A DNA stretch of 64,000 nt from Blastocatellia bacterium. GTDB lineage: Bacteria > Acidobacteriota > Blastocatellia > UBA7656. Position numbers and translations under genes: made by a program. Below the pieces are notes generated by a model. It did not search any database. It had not been told where the DNA came from and saw only the letters and a program-made list of their open reading frames with translations. Shown here in pieces: positions 38,675 through 48,970 of this stretch (the stretch's first letter is position 1; each line of letters starts with the position of its first letter). Location: assembly GCA_035248905.1 (NCBI GenBank), contig DATFGX010000010.1, positions 55,579 through 119,578 on the forward strand. The letters run 5' to 3'.

Positions 38675-39376
38675 ATGAAAAATAGACCTGGTCTCAGGTT
38701 CCTTGCGGTCTGTGCCGCAGCGGCGGTGTTGCTGACGGCCTCGTTCGGTAGACAGGCGTCCAACGCCGGCTGCTCGGAAGACGACATACAGCGCGCCGTC
38801 TTTGCCGCGTTACCAACTGTCCGAAACGTGCTCGTGACCAGGAGTGGCAACAGTTTTACGGTGACTATTGCGGTGGCGGTGTCGAATGACGATCAAAAGA
38901 GGGAAACTATTAGAGCCGCCAGAAAGGCAGCGAGCCGGGTGGCGGGGTGCGCCGTCGATGTCGATAGCCGGGGGATCAGTATCATATGTCCGTCCGACGC
39001 CGAGGTGATCGAGGGCCGCGTCAGGAAGTACTGGGAAAAGTTTCTCCCGGCTTGCGCCACCGCGGGTATCACCAAAATTACTGTGAATGGTAATGATGTC
39101 GCACTGAAGGGAACGGTTCCTGCGGGGAAGTTAAATCCAGACTTGGATATGACTTATTTGCAAGCGGTCGTCGAGGCCGCCCAGGCGGCCATCTGCGGCA
39201 AGGTTGATTCTAACAAACTGACGGCACGCGCGCCGGGGTCGGCAGATTGCGTCGTCCGATTCAAATCCTGCCCGAAGTGTCCTGAGCCGCAATGCCCGCC
39301 GGGCTTCAGCTCGTGCATGGATAGCGACGGCAACATTATCTGCATCGAAGGCCCGCGATGTCCCATCTTCAATTAG
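38675..39376 (+). CDS. Secreted Cys-rich hypothetical protein
   Basis: Signal peptide and a C-terminal Cys cluster (CPKCPEPQCPPGFSSC...C...C). Lies 13 nt downstream of the kinase. Confidence 0.5.
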   Translation: MKNRPGLRFLAVCAAAAVLLTASFGRQASNAGCSEDDIQRAVFAALPTVRNVLVTRSGNSFTVTIAVAVSNDDQKRETIRAARKAASRVAGCAVDVDSRGISIICPSDAEVIEGRVRKYWEKFLPACATAGITKITVNGNDVALKGTVPAGKLNPDLDMTYLQAVVEAAQAAICGKVDSNKLTARAPGSADCVVRFKSCPKCPEPQCPPGFSSCMDSDGNIICIEGPRCPIFN

Positions 39377-39410
39377 GGGTTCAGGCGGTCGAAGCGCGGC
39401 GTCGTTGATC

Positions 39411-41192
39411 TCAATGCTCGCCGGCCCAGGCGGCGAAGAACTGCGGGGCCTGGCGCGGCAGCTCGCGCGTGAGCAACTGCTCGACTTCGCTGGCCGTCGT
39501 CAGCTTCAACGCCTCTTTCATCAACGCCGTGACGCGCTCCAGGCTGACCGCGCGCACGGCGTTCTTGACGAGCGGGATCGAGGCCGGTAACAGGCTCAGC
39601 ACGCGCACGCCGAGACCGACGAGGGCGATGGCTTGCAAAGGGTCGCCGGCCATCTCGCCGCAGACCTCCAAAGGCACGCGCGCCGCTGCGGCCACGCGCA
39701 CCAGATGCGACAGGGCGCGCAAGATCGCCGGGTGCAGCGGCTGATAGAGGTGCGCGACGTTTTCATTGGCGCGGTCTACGGCCAGCATATACTGCGTCAG
39801 GTCGTTGGTGCCGACGCTCAGGAAGTCTGCCTCTTTGGCAAACAGGTCGGCCATCAACGCCGCCGCCGGCACTTCGATCATCACGCCGATCGGTAGTGTC
39901 GCGTTGTGCTCTACATTGGCCTCGGCCATCTCCTGTTTGACTTCGGCGATGATGCGCTTGGCCTCGCGCAATTCTGAAATCGTGCTGATCAGCGGCAGCA
40001 CGACGCGCAGCCGCCCGTGCACGTTGGCGCGCAAAATCGCTCGCAGTTGCGTGCGGAAGATCGCTTCGACACGCAACGACAGGCGAATGGCGCGCAAGCC
40101 GAGCGCCGGGTTCATCTCTTCTTCAAAGCCTTTGAGCGTCAGCTTGTCGCCGCCGAGGTCGAAGACGCGAATGCTCGCCCCGGCCTCGCCGGCGCTGGCG
40201 GCGAGCCGGCGATAGAGCTGGTACTGCTCTTCTTCGCCCGGCAACTCGGGCAGCCCGGCCAGGAAAATAAACTCCGAGCGGTAGAGGCCGATGCCTTCGG
40301 CGCCGAAGCGCGCCAGCGCATCGATCTCGGCGGGCATCTCGACATTGGCGCGCAAGGTGATGCGCCCGCCGTCCGTCGTCTCCGCGGCTTCTGTAGGCTG
40401 GATTACACGCTCTAGTCGCGCGTCGGCTTGCTCGCGCCGGCGGGCGTATTCGCGCGCCAGCGCCTTGCTCGGACGGAGAATGACTTCGCCCGCCGCGCCA
40501 TCGATGATCAGCGGCGTGCCTGTGCGGGCGCGGCGCGTCACGTCATGCAGGCCGACGACCGCCGGAATGCCTAAGGCGCGGGCGATGATCGCCGCGTGCG
40601 ACGTGATGCCGCCGGAGTTGGTCGCAAATCCCAGCACGCGGTCGAAGTCCAGCTCGGCCACGGTCGAAGGCCAGATGTCTTTAGCGACCAGGATGACCGG
40701 CTCGTCCAGCTCTGACAACTCGAACTTGTCGCGCCCCGAAAGGATCGTCAGCAGCCGCATCGCTACGTCTTCGAGGTCTGAGGTGCGCTCGCGCAGGTAG
40801 GCATCATTGACCTGGCGGTAGGCTTCGGCGACGCGATCGATCACGGCGCGCACGGCCCACTCGGCGTTGACGCGGCGGGCGCGGATTTCGTTCTCGATTT
40901 CGGCAAGCAGGCGCGCGTCTTCGAGCATCAGCAGGTGCGCGTCGAGGATGAATGAGTGTTCGTAGCCCAGCTCGCGCGTCAGCCGGGTCTTGATCTCCAG
41001 CAGCTCGGCGCGCGCTTGATCCAAGGCTTCGTGCAGACGGCGCACTTCGCGGCGCACCTGCGTCGGCGACACATCGAGGTAGTAGAACTGCTGCCGCCCG
41101 CGCTCGTCGAGGCGCAGCGCGTTGCCGACGGCGACGCCGGGCGACGCGCCGACGCCGCGCAGCCGCACATCGCGGGCGCTAGAAGACGCCAT
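39411..41192 (-). CDS. ptsI: Phosphoenolpyruvate-protein phosphotransferase (PTS enzyme I)
   Basis: EI N-terminal domain, phosphohistidine domain (GGITSHAAIIARALGIP) and PEP-utilising C-terminal domain. An alternative start exists at 41210. Confidence 0.9.
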   Translation of the reverse strand: MASSSARDVRLRGVGASPGVAVGNALRLDERGRQQFYYLDVSPTQVRREVRRLHEALDQARAELLEIKTRLTRELGYEHSFILDAHLLMLEDARLLAEIENEIRARRVNAEWAVRAVIDRVAEAYRQVNDAYLRERTSDLEDVAMRLLTILSGRDKFELSELDEPVILVAKDIWPSTVAELDFDRVLGFATNSGGITSHAAIIARALGIPAVVGLHDVTRRARTGTPLIIDGAAGEVILRPSKALAREYARRREQADARLERVIQPTEAAETTDGGRITLRANVEMPAEIDALARFGAEGIGLYRSEFIFLAGLPELPGEEEQYQLYRRLAASAGEAGASIRVFDLGGDKLTLKGFEEEMNPALGLRAIRLSLRVEAIFRTQLRAILRANVHGRLRVVLPLISTISELREAKRIIAEVKQEMAEANVEHNATLPIGVMIEVPAAALMADLFAKEADFLSVGTNDLTQYMLAVDRANENVAHLYQPLHPAILRALSHLVRVAAAARVPLEVCGEMAGDPLQAIALVGLGVRVLSLLPASIPLVKNAVRAVSLERVTALMKEALKLTTASEVEQLLTRELPRQAPQFFAAWAGEH

Positions 41193-41469
41193 CCGAAAGC
41201 TCCTCTCCAAACTTCTGTTCTACCAACTCGGCGAGCGCGTCTGCGGCGCGCTCTTCGTCTTCGCCTTCGGCCCTGATTATAAGCCAGGTGCCGCGCGCCG
41301 CGGCAAGCAAAAGGACACTCAAGATCGATTTGCCGTCGGCGCGCTGGCCTGTGTCGGCGCGTTCTAACTCGATGCGGCTGGTGAACTGCGTGGCGCGGCG
41401 CACGAGCCGCGCCGACGCCCGCGCGTGCAGCCCGAGGCGGTTGCTGATGTTGATCCGTCGTTCTTGCAT
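41179..41469 (-). CDS. ptsH: HPr-family phosphocarrier protein
   Basis: INISNRLGLHARASARLV contains the His15-type active site. Its 3' end overlaps the ptsI start. Confidence 0.8.
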   Translation of the reverse strand: MQERRINISNRLGLHARASARLVRRATQFTSRIELERADTGQRADGKSILSVLLLAAARGTWLIIRAEGEDEERAADALAELVEQKFGEELSDGVF

Positions 41470-41879
41470 GGTGCTGGCAGGCAATGCGCGAATCTGCTGC
41501 GCTTCGGCAAACGTGTCGTTGCGTCCTCATCCGATATTATGCACATCGCGGCGGGCGTGTAAAACTTTCCGTCCACCGTGTATTGATCTTGTCTAGGAGG
41601 ATTCACTGAAAGGCCGCTTCCAGCCGCTGACGGCGCGCGGAGCGCGCGCGGCCCGGCGGGCATACAGTTTGCCTGACTGATGAACGTTCCTGCCGCGCTG
41701 TTCAGTCGCCGGCAGAAGCACAACGAGCAAGAGGGTACGGGTAATATCTCGGATTCTTTTCACTACCTGAAAGCTCAACCTGACTGCGCGCGGGCGACTG
41801 CGTCCCGATAGTTGCCCTGCGCACCTGAGCCATTTAGCAATGAACTTTAGAACCAATTTGACAGAGGAGGTAGAGTCAG

Positions 41880-43019
41880 ATGCTTAAGCGAAGCTTGTTC
41901 ATTCTTGTCCTCGCCCTGGCGATGGTATTCGCTACGCGGGCGCCGATGCCGGCGCATGTGTCAGCGCAAACCACCAACCCTTGTCAGTTCACGCTCGCAG
42001 GCGCGTTCCAGAACGCGCAAGACCCGACCAATCCTAGCAACGACGTCATCGCAATTGACACGACCAATGGCGCGACCGGCAGCGTCACCCTGACGCTCCC
42101 GGCAGGCACCAAGGCCACTCAGCTCGACAACCAGATCAGCCTCAGATACTACTTCGTCAACCGCACCTGCACGGGCGGGTCGCCGCGCGTGCAGCTCGCC
42201 ATTGACAAAGACGGCAATGGCACGTTCGATGGGAACGCCTTCGGCTACGTCGGCACCGCGGCGTTCGGCGGCGGCTGCAACCAGAACGTCTGGGAGACCA
42301 GCAACCTGACCGACAACGTGCCGCGCTGGGATCTGTCGCAGCTCGGCGGCGGGATGACCATGACCTGGAGCGAGGTGAAGACCTTCCTCGCGACCAACTT
42401 TCCGAACTATCAAATCTTGAACATCTCGCTGGCGGACGATTCGGGGGGCTTTGCAGCGGGCGCGGCGGGCAAGGCTTACTACGACGACATCACTTTCAGT
42501 AACTGCGTGCTCAACGACCGCTCCGACACGTTCTCCGACCGCGACCATGATGGCATCCCTGACAACATTGATAATTGCCCGGACACGCCGAACCCTGACC
42601 AGATGGATACCGATGGCGATGGCATCGGCGACGCCTGTGACCAGCAGATCGGTCCGCCGACCGACAAGTCACAGTGCAAGAACGGCGGCTGGCAGCGGTT
42701 CAATAATCCTTCGTTCAAGAACCAGGGCGACTGCGTCAGCTTCGTCGCGACCGGCGGGCACACTGGCGGCGGCGGTGGCGGCGGCGGTACGGACTCGGAC
42801 GGCGATGGCGTCCCCGACAACGTCGATAACTGCCCGCATGTCGCTAATCCCGACCAGATGGATAGCGATGGTGACGGCATCGGTGATGCGTGCGACCAGC
42901 AGACCGGCCCGCCGACCGACAAGTCGCAGTGCAAGAACGGTGGCTGGCAGTCCTTCAACACGCCGCGCAGCTTCGCCAATCAAGGTGATTGCATCCAGTT
43001 CGTGAAGACTGGTCACTAG
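41880..43019 (+). CDS. Secreted protein with thrombospondin type-3 calcium-binding repeats and a duplicated C-terminal Cys module
   Basis: Signal peptide. Two copies of DNCPDTPNPDQMDTDGDGIGDACDQQ (TSP3-like), each followed by GPPTDKSQCKNGGWQ.F...NQGDC. Confidence 0.65.
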   Translation: MLKRSLFILVLALAMVFATRAPMPAHVSAQTTNPCQFTLAGAFQNAQDPTNPSNDVIAIDTTNGATGSVTLTLPAGTKATQLDNQISLRYYFVNRTCTGGSPRVQLAIDKDGNGTFDGNAFGYVGTAAFGGGCNQNVWETSNLTDNVPRWDLSQLGGGMTMTWSEVKTFLATNFPNYQILNISLADDSGGFAAGAAGKAYYDDITFSNCVLNDRSDTFSDRDHDGIPDNIDNCPDTPNPDQMDTDGDGIGDACDQQIGPPTDKSQCKNGGWQRFNNPSFKNQGDCVSFVATGGHTGGGGGGGGTDSDGDGVPDNVDNCPHVANPDQMDSDGDGIGDACDQQTGPPTDKSQCKNGGWQSFNTPRSFANQGDCIQFVKTGH

Positions 43020-43029
43020 CGCGGTTTTC

Positions 43030-43140
43030 GATTGCGTTTGTCTGTAGGGGCAGGGCAAGTCCGCGGCCCGGATGGTGCGCAGCACCATGACTATTCATCG
43101 CCTATCGGCGATTCGGGCAGGGACAAGCCCTGCCCCTACA
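43030..43140. repeat. GGGCAGGG-family long palindromic hairpin between convergent genes
   Basis: TGTAGGGGCAGGGCAAGTCCGC ... GCGATTCGGGCAGGGACAAGCCCTGCCCCTACA. Confidence 0.7.
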
Positions 43141-43150
43141 ACGACACGCA

Positions 43151-44410
43151 TTAGCTCAGTGTTCTCGGATCGGTAGCGTCGCGCAGGCCGTCGCCAAGAA
43201 AATTCCACGCCATCACGGCGACGAAGATGAAGAAGCCGGGCGCGAGCATCCAGGGGAAATCCGACAGGTAACGCGGGTTCTGCGCCGCCGTCAGCATGTT
43301 GCCCCAGCTCGCCTCAGGCTCCTGGATGCCGACACCGAGGAATGACAGCGCGACTTCGCCGAGAATGTAGAACGGCACAGACAGCGTCGCCGTGACAATC
43401 ACAAACGACAGCGTGTTCGGCAGGATGTGGCGGACGATGATGCGCGCGTTGCTGAAGCCCAGGGCACGGGCCGCCAGCACGTACTCCTGCTCCTTGAGCG
43501 ACAGCACCATGCCGCGGATGACGCGCGCTTCGGTCGCCCAGCCGATGAAGGCCAGGATGATGACGATAATCAAATAGAGCTGCATGGAGCTTAGGCCGCT
43601 GCCGAACATCTGCCGCAGGATGAGTATGAAATACAAGCTCGGCACGGCGAGCAAGGCTTCAACGCCGCGCATGAGCAGGAAGTCGGCGACGCCGCCAAAG
43701 TATCCCGCGATGCCGCCGACGATCATGCCGATCAGCGTCGAGATGAGGATGCCCAGGATGCCAATCGACAGCGACACCTGCGCGCCGTAGAGGATGCGCG
43801 AGAAGATGTCCTGACCCACGAGGTCTGAGCCGAACAGAAAGAAGCGCCCAGGCTGGTCTACGCCGAACAGGTGCACGTCCGAGCGCAGCAGCCAGAGAAT
43901 GTGGTATCGATCACCTTTGACGAAAAGGCGCAACGGATACTTCTTCGTGCGGTCTTCCGTGTAAACCGCGTGTTGGCCCGCGACCGGCGCGACGGCGTAG
44001 ACGAACGGGCGCGAGAGCTTGCCCGCTTCATCGAAGAAGTGAATGCGCCCGAGCATCGGCGGGTGAAACGGCAGGTCATGGTCTGCGGTGTCGTACTTGT
44101 ACGGCGCGATGAAGCCCGCGAGCACGGCGGCCAGATAAAGCGCCGCAAGCGTGTACAGCCCGAACATCGCCGTGCGGTTGCGGCGCAGCTTCAACCAGAT
44201 GATCTCGGAAGGCGAGCGCCCGCGCGTCGTTTCAATGACAGTCGCCTCGTTGAAGGCGTCGCTGAGACCGGGCGCGGCGGGCACCGCCGGCTCGACGATG
44301 GCCTCGCCCGGCCCGCGCTCCATCACCACGGGCTGCGAATCAAGGGCGCGCTCGGCGGCCTCTTCGCGGCTGGCTTCTTCGAGTGGGTCACGGTCGGGCA
44401 TGGCAATCAT
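43151..44410 (-). CDS. Oligopeptide/dipeptide ABC transporter permease (OppC/DppC-like)
   Basis: Binding-protein-dependent transport inner-membrane component with an EAA-like loop. 419 aa, with an N-terminal extension. Confidence 0.85.
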   Translation of the reverse strand: MIAMPDRDPLEEASREEAAERALDSQPVVMERGPGEAIVEPAVPAAPGLSDAFNEATVIETTRGRSPSEIIWLKLRRNRTAMFGLYTLAALYLAAVLAGFIAPYKYDTADHDLPFHPPMLGRIHFFDEAGKLSRPFVYAVAPVAGQHAVYTEDRTKKYPLRLFVKGDRYHILWLLRSDVHLFGVDQPGRFFLFGSDLVGQDIFSRILYGAQVSLSIGILGILISTLIGMIVGGIAGYFGGVADFLLMRGVEALLAVPSLYFILILRQMFGSGLSSMQLYLIIVIILAFIGWATEARVIRGMVLSLKEQEYVLAARALGFSNARIIVRHILPNTLSFVIVTATLSVPFYILGEVALSFLGVGIQEPEASWGNMLTAAQNPRYLSDFPWMLAPGFFIFVAVMAWNFLGDGLRDATDPRTLS

Positions 44411-45378
44411 TCGACGCGGATGCGCGGGTCAATGATGGCGAGCAGCAGGTCGGCGATCAGGTTGCCGACGACCAGCATCACGACCAGCATGGTCACGGCG
44501 GCCATCACCAGCGGCTCGTCTTTGTCGCGCAAGGCTTCATACACCAGCGTGCCCAGGCCCGGCCAGGTGAAGACGTATTCCGTCAGCAGCGCGCCGGCCA
44601 GGAGGTATGCCAGCGACAGCCCGAACAGCGTCACCAGCGGGTTGATGGCGTTGCCGAGCGCGTGGCGAAAGATGATGCGCCGCTCGCTTAAGCCTTTGGC
44701 GCGCGCCGTGCGGATGTAATCTTGCGACAATGTCTCGATCATCTCGCTGCGCATCTGCCGCATGTACTGCGCCATCCCCAGCGTGCCGAGCACGACGGTC
44801 GGCAGCACCAGATGCCAGAGCGTGTCGGTGAAGCGCTGCCAGCCGCTCAGATAATCCCAGTTCACTTGATCGTGAATGCCGCCGGCAGGGAACCAGCCGG
44901 TCTTCGCCGCGAACAGAATAAGCAGCAATGAAAAGAAGACGCTCGGAATCGACAGCCCGAAAAACGAGATGAAGCTGCACAGCTTGTCCAACCAGCGGTT
45001 GCGGTAGACGCCGGCGAACACGCCGAGCGGAATGGCCAGCGCCCATGAAAAGACCAGCGCCGCCCCCGTCAGCATCAAGGTGTTGAGCATGCGCTGGCCG
45101 ATCAAGGTCGTGACCGGCGCGGAGGTCGTGAACGAATCGCCGAGGTCGCCTTTGAGCGCCGGCTTCAGCCAGTACCAGTAGCGCTCGAAGACGTTGCGGC
45201 TGTCGAGGTGGTACTTCTGCTCCATGCGCTCCAGGTACTCGCGCGAGATGTTCGGCTTGAGCCGCAGCTCGTCGAGGAAGTTGCCGGGCGACAACACCAG
45301 CATCGCCTTTGTGAAGAAAGTCACAAAGAGGATGAGCGGCACCGCCGCCAGCAAGCGCCTGATGAGAAAGGTGCGCAT
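44407..45378 (-). CDS. Oligopeptide/dipeptide ABC transporter permease (OppB/DppB-like)
   Basis: BPD_transp_1-type topology. Overlaps the downstream permease by 4 nt. Confidence 0.85.
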   Translation of the reverse strand: MRTFLIRRLLAAVPLILFVTFFTKAMLVLSPGNFLDELRLKPNISREYLERMEQKYHLDSRNVFERYWYWLKPALKGDLGDSFTTSAPVTTLIGQRMLNTLMLTGAALVFSWALAIPLGVFAGVYRNRWLDKLCSFISFFGLSIPSVFFSLLLILFAAKTGWFPAGGIHDQVNWDYLSGWQRFTDTLWHLVLPTVVLGTLGMAQYMRQMRSEMIETLSQDYIRTARAKGLSERRIIFRHALGNAINPLVTLFGLSLAYLLAGALLTEYVFTWPGLGTLVYEALRDKDEPLVMAAVTMLVVMLVVGNLIADLLLAIIDPRIRVE

Positions 45379-45387
45379 AACTCAGAG

Positions 45388-45497
45388 GTGACGAGTGACA
45401 AGTGAACAGTGACAAGATCAGGTGACAAAGCATTGCTGCCAGCGTTCAACCGGCGCAGCCGCTTGTCACTTGTCACTCGTCACTTGTCACTTCTTGA
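45388..45497. repeat. (GTGACAAG)n palindromic hairpin between the SBP gene and the permease genes
   Basis: GGTGACGAGTGACAAGTGAACAGTGACAAG ... CTTGTCACTTGTCACTCGTCACTTGTCAC. Confidence 0.8.
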
Positions 45498-47298
45498 TGT
45501 AAATCTCTTCCGCGTTCCAACTGACGCGCGGCGGCAGCGTCGACGGCAGCAGGTTGCCGAACTTTTTCTTGAAGGCGACCGCCTCTTCCTGCGCCACCAG
45601 GTTGATCTCCGGCAGTTGTTCGGACCAGATGCGCTGCACCTCTGCAAACTTCTGCTTGCGTGCCGCGGCGTCCGGCTCGCGGTCTATCTCATGCACGAGT
45701 TGATCGATGCGCGCCTCCCAGTCGGTTGAGGGTTTGGATTGACTCGGGAAGCAGGCGTGGTTGAGCGCCGACGACAGGGTGATGTTCTTCGTGTTGGTCG
45801 GGCCGGGCGGCACCGCTCCCTGCCAGCCGAGCACCATAAAGTCGAAGTTGAATGACGACTGCATCATGCCGACGAGGGCACTGAGCGTGACCGAGTCGGG
45901 GTTGAGCTTGATGCCGACATCCTGGAGGTTCTTGGCGACAAATGCCGCCGTGCGCACGCGCTGTGAATTGCTGGAGTTGGTGACGACGCCGAATTCGAGC
46001 TTGTGGCCGTCGGCGTCTTCGAGGATGCCGTCGCCGTCTGTGTCGCGCAGGCCGATGTCGGCCAGCATGCTGCGAGCACGCTCCGGGTCATAGGAATACT
46101 TCATCACGTCGTCGCTGTACCAGGCTTTATCCGCCGGCGTGACGAACGAATAGATGGGCACGGCGCGGCCCGCGTAGACCGTCTTGGCCAGGCCGTCGCG
46201 GTCAACAGCGTAAGCGACCGCCTGGCGGAAGCGCACGTCGCGGAAGAGTCGCTGCTTCCACGGCGCGACGTAAGGCTTATGGGTCTGCGGGTTGTCGAGG
46301 TTATTCTGGTTGACGACGACCCACTGCGTGTCGAGGACGACGCCGATGTCCTCGACGCCGATCTGGTCGCTTTCAAGCTTCTTGATCTGCGCGTAATCTT
46401 CGGCGCGCACCCGCGCCAGCATATCGATCTCGCCGGCCTCGAACTTCGCCTGCACAGTGGTGAAGTCTTTGGCGATGAGGAAGACCAGGCGGTCGAGGTA
46501 GGGCAACCGCTGGCCCTGCTTATCAACCTTCCAGAAATACGGGTTGCGTTCGAGCACGACGCGCTGGCCGGGCGTGTACTCTTTCAAGCGGAAAGGCCCC
46601 AGCGAGACGATGTCGTCGAGGTTGTCTGTGAGCTTCATCACTTCGTTGAAGCGGCCGGCGCGCCAGGCCGACTCCCACTTGTGCTTCGGGATGGGGAAGA
46701 AGTTGACCACCTGATCCAGGAACATCGCATTCGGCGCGTGTAATGTAAACCGCACGGTCGCGTCGTCGAGCATATCGAGCTGCGGGTAGATCGGCTTGCT
46801 GCCTTCGCTGCCTTCCTTGAAGACGTCGGCGATTGAGCTTTGCACGTTCGGGTCGCGAATGACGTCCCAGGTGAACATCACATCGTCGGCGTTAAACGGC
46901 TCGCCGTCCGACCAGCGCACGCCGCGCCGCAGGTGAAACGTCCACTGTTTGAGATCGGGCGAACTCTCCCAGCCGGTGCAGAGACCAGAGTCGAAGTCCG
47001 GCGGATTGCCGCCGTTGCGAAAATCGATCAGCCAGCGGAAGACATGGTAGTAGAGCAGGTAAGCGCTGTTCTCGTCTGTGATGTTGATGATATTAAAGGT
47101 CGCGGGATCATTCTTGAGATCGAGCACCAACTGGCCGCCGTAGACGCCCGGCTCGCCCTGAAAGACATAGGCGTCCTGGGGCACATCGCCGGCAAACGGC
47201 GGGTTCGGCGTGCCGCTCGGCCCGCCGACGCTGCCGGGCTTACATGCCGTGAGCGCGATCAAGGCTGAAAGCGCCGCACAGATTAAAGACTTTTTCAT
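45487..47298 (-). CDS. ABC transporter substrate-binding lipoprotein, family 5 (peptide/nickel, OppA/DppA-like)
   Basis: Lipoprotein signal MKKSLICAALSALIALTAC, then an SBP_bac_5 fold. 603 aa. Confidence 0.85.
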   Translation of the reverse strand: MKKSLICAALSALIALTACKPGSVGGPSGTPNPPFAGDVPQDAYVFQGEPGVYGGQLVLDLKNDPATFNIINITDENSAYLLYYHVFRWLIDFRNGGNPPDFDSGLCTGWESSPDLKQWTFHLRRGVRWSDGEPFNADDVMFTWDVIRDPNVQSSIADVFKEGSEGSKPIYPQLDMLDDATVRFTLHAPNAMFLDQVVNFFPIPKHKWESAWRAGRFNEVMKLTDNLDDIVSLGPFRLKEYTPGQRVVLERNPYFWKVDKQGQRLPYLDRLVFLIAKDFTTVQAKFEAGEIDMLARVRAEDYAQIKKLESDQIGVEDIGVVLDTQWVVVNQNNLDNPQTHKPYVAPWKQRLFRDVRFRQAVAYAVDRDGLAKTVYAGRAVPIYSFVTPADKAWYSDDVMKYSYDPERARSMLADIGLRDTDGDGILEDADGHKLEFGVVTNSSNSQRVRTAAFVAKNLQDVGIKLNPDSVTLSALVGMMQSSFNFDFMVLGWQGAVPPGPTNTKNITLSSALNHACFPSQSKPSTDWEARIDQLVHEIDREPDAAARKQKFAEVQRIWSEQLPEINLVAQEEAVAFKKKFGNLLPSTLPPRVSWNAEEIYIKK

Positions 47299-47563
47299 TC
47301 ATCCCCTCCAGATCGGGCCGCTTGCCTGCTGCCCAAAAAAGTATATTAGCCGACCCCCAGTGTCAATTTAAGAGTAATCGATGTGGCGCGATTGATTGGC
47401 ACACTCGGCACAAGGCGGCGTCCCGTGCTAACATCGTATCAGTTGATTTGCAGGGACGCTCCGAACTCACACAAGCAACGCCGGCCTCGGCGACACCATC
47501 GCACCTCAAGAAACAATAAACGCCGGGAGCAATGATGGCCGGCGACAGAACAGGAGGACAGCA

Positions 47564-48889
47564 ATGAATAAAAGACTCATCGCGCCGCTCGTTTTATCGG
47601 CGCTCGTCGCCGCGCTCGGCGCGGCGGCGGCGCAGCAGACCGTGCAATCGCGCCCGGTGCGACCCGCGGCAGTTACCGGCGACCTGCTCGACCTGACCAA
47701 CGCCCTCGACGGGCGCGTCGACACGCGAGCGACTTCGGGCCGCACAAACTATGTCGGCATGAGCTTCACGGTTGATGTCGGCAGCGAGCAGAATATCATC
47801 GGCATCGCACAAGATCACGGGCGCTGGCCAACGCACGCGCCGGGCGCTTACAAAGTCGAAGTCGCTGCCAACGCACAAGGCCCGTGGATGCCTGCATGGC
47901 AAGGCGAAGGGCAGCGCGGCGAAAGCAAGGCCAAGTTCGAAGCCATCCGCGGACGCTTCATTCGCGTCACCGCCACCGCCGTCAACGCGCTCTACAAACA
48001 GGAATGGTCAATCGCCGAACTGACCGCCGGCATCGATCCCGGTCAGAAGGCGCGCACCATCCCGACGCCGAAGCCGCAGCCGATTCCGCCGCCCGGCCCG
48101 ACGCCCGCAAGCAAAGAGCTGAAGGACACAGCGAAGGCGACCGACGGCAAGCTCGACACCTTTGCTGCGAGCAACACGGCGGACTACGCAGGGATGTATT
48201 TCGTTTATGACCTCGGCGGCGAGTACGAGCTATCGCACGTCATTCAACTGCACGGCGCGCGCGCCGACGACTTCGCTGCGGAGTACAAAGTCGAAGTCAG
48301 CCGCGAACGGGATGAGAGCCGCTTCCGCGAAGTGTGGCGCGGCGCAGGTAAGCCGGCGCGCAGCGTCGCGCGCTTCAATCCGGTGGTGACGCGCTACATT
48401 CGCATCACGGCGCTGCGCGCCCAGGGCAACGGGCGCCCGTGGTCTATTGCCGAGCTGCGCACGAACCGTGACCCCGACGCGGTCGAACGCGACACGGAAG
48501 ACGATCAGTTAACGCCGCGCCCCATTCGCAACATCACGGCGCAAGGCATCACCAACATCAACGCCGTTACGGACGACAACAACACGACGCGGGCGACGAC
48601 GGGGGCAGCCAACTATGCGGGCGCGTGGGTGCAGGCAGACCTCGGCGGCAGCTACACGGTGTCGCGCGTCGTGCAGGTTCATGAGCCGGACGCGCGCGAT
48701 TTTCCGGGCCGCTATCGCGTCGAGGTGAGCAGTGATGGCAACCGCTGGCAGACGGTCTTTGAAGGCGCGGGCGAACGCGGTCGCTCGGTGGCGACCTTCA
48801 CGCCGGTGCGCGTCCGCTTCGTGCGCATCACGGCGACGGCCAACCTCAACCGCCCGTGGTCGATCTACAAGTTGAAGGTCAGAGGCTAA
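47564..48889 (+). CDS. Secreted protein with four F5/8 type C (discoidin-like) domain repeats
   Basis: Signal peptide. Four roughly 95-aa repeats (TNYVGMSF.VD.G...RFIRITA....W.IAEL). Confidence 0.6.
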   Translation: MNKRLIAPLVLSALVAALGAAAAQQTVQSRPVRPAAVTGDLLDLTNALDGRVDTRATSGRTNYVGMSFTVDVGSEQNIIGIAQDHGRWPTHAPGAYKVEVAANAQGPWMPAWQGEGQRGESKAKFEAIRGRFIRVTATAVNALYKQEWSIAELTAGIDPGQKARTIPTPKPQPIPPPGPTPASKELKDTAKATDGKLDTFAASNTADYAGMYFVYDLGGEYELSHVIQLHGARADDFAAEYKVEVSRERDESRFREVWRGAGKPARSVARFNPVVTRYIRITALRAQGNGRPWSIAELRTNRDPDAVERDTEDDQLTPRPIRNITAQGITNINAVTDDNNTTRATTGAANYAGAWVQADLGGSYTVSRVVQVHEPDARDFPGRYRVEVSSDGNRWQTVFEGAGERGRSVATFTPVRVRFVRITATANLNRPWSIYKLKVRG

Positions 48890-48893
48890 CGGA

Positions 48894-48970
48894 GCGTGAC
48901 AAGTGATGAGTGACAAGTGACAAGAAGACGACGGTTTCTCACTTGTCACTTGTCACTCGTCACTTGTCAC
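48894..48970. repeat. (GTGACAAG)n palindromic hairpin between convergent genes
   Basis: GTGACAAGTGATGAGTGACAAGTGACAAG ... CTTGTCACTTGTCACTCGTCACTTGTCAC. Overlaps the uspA stop. Confidence 0.8.
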
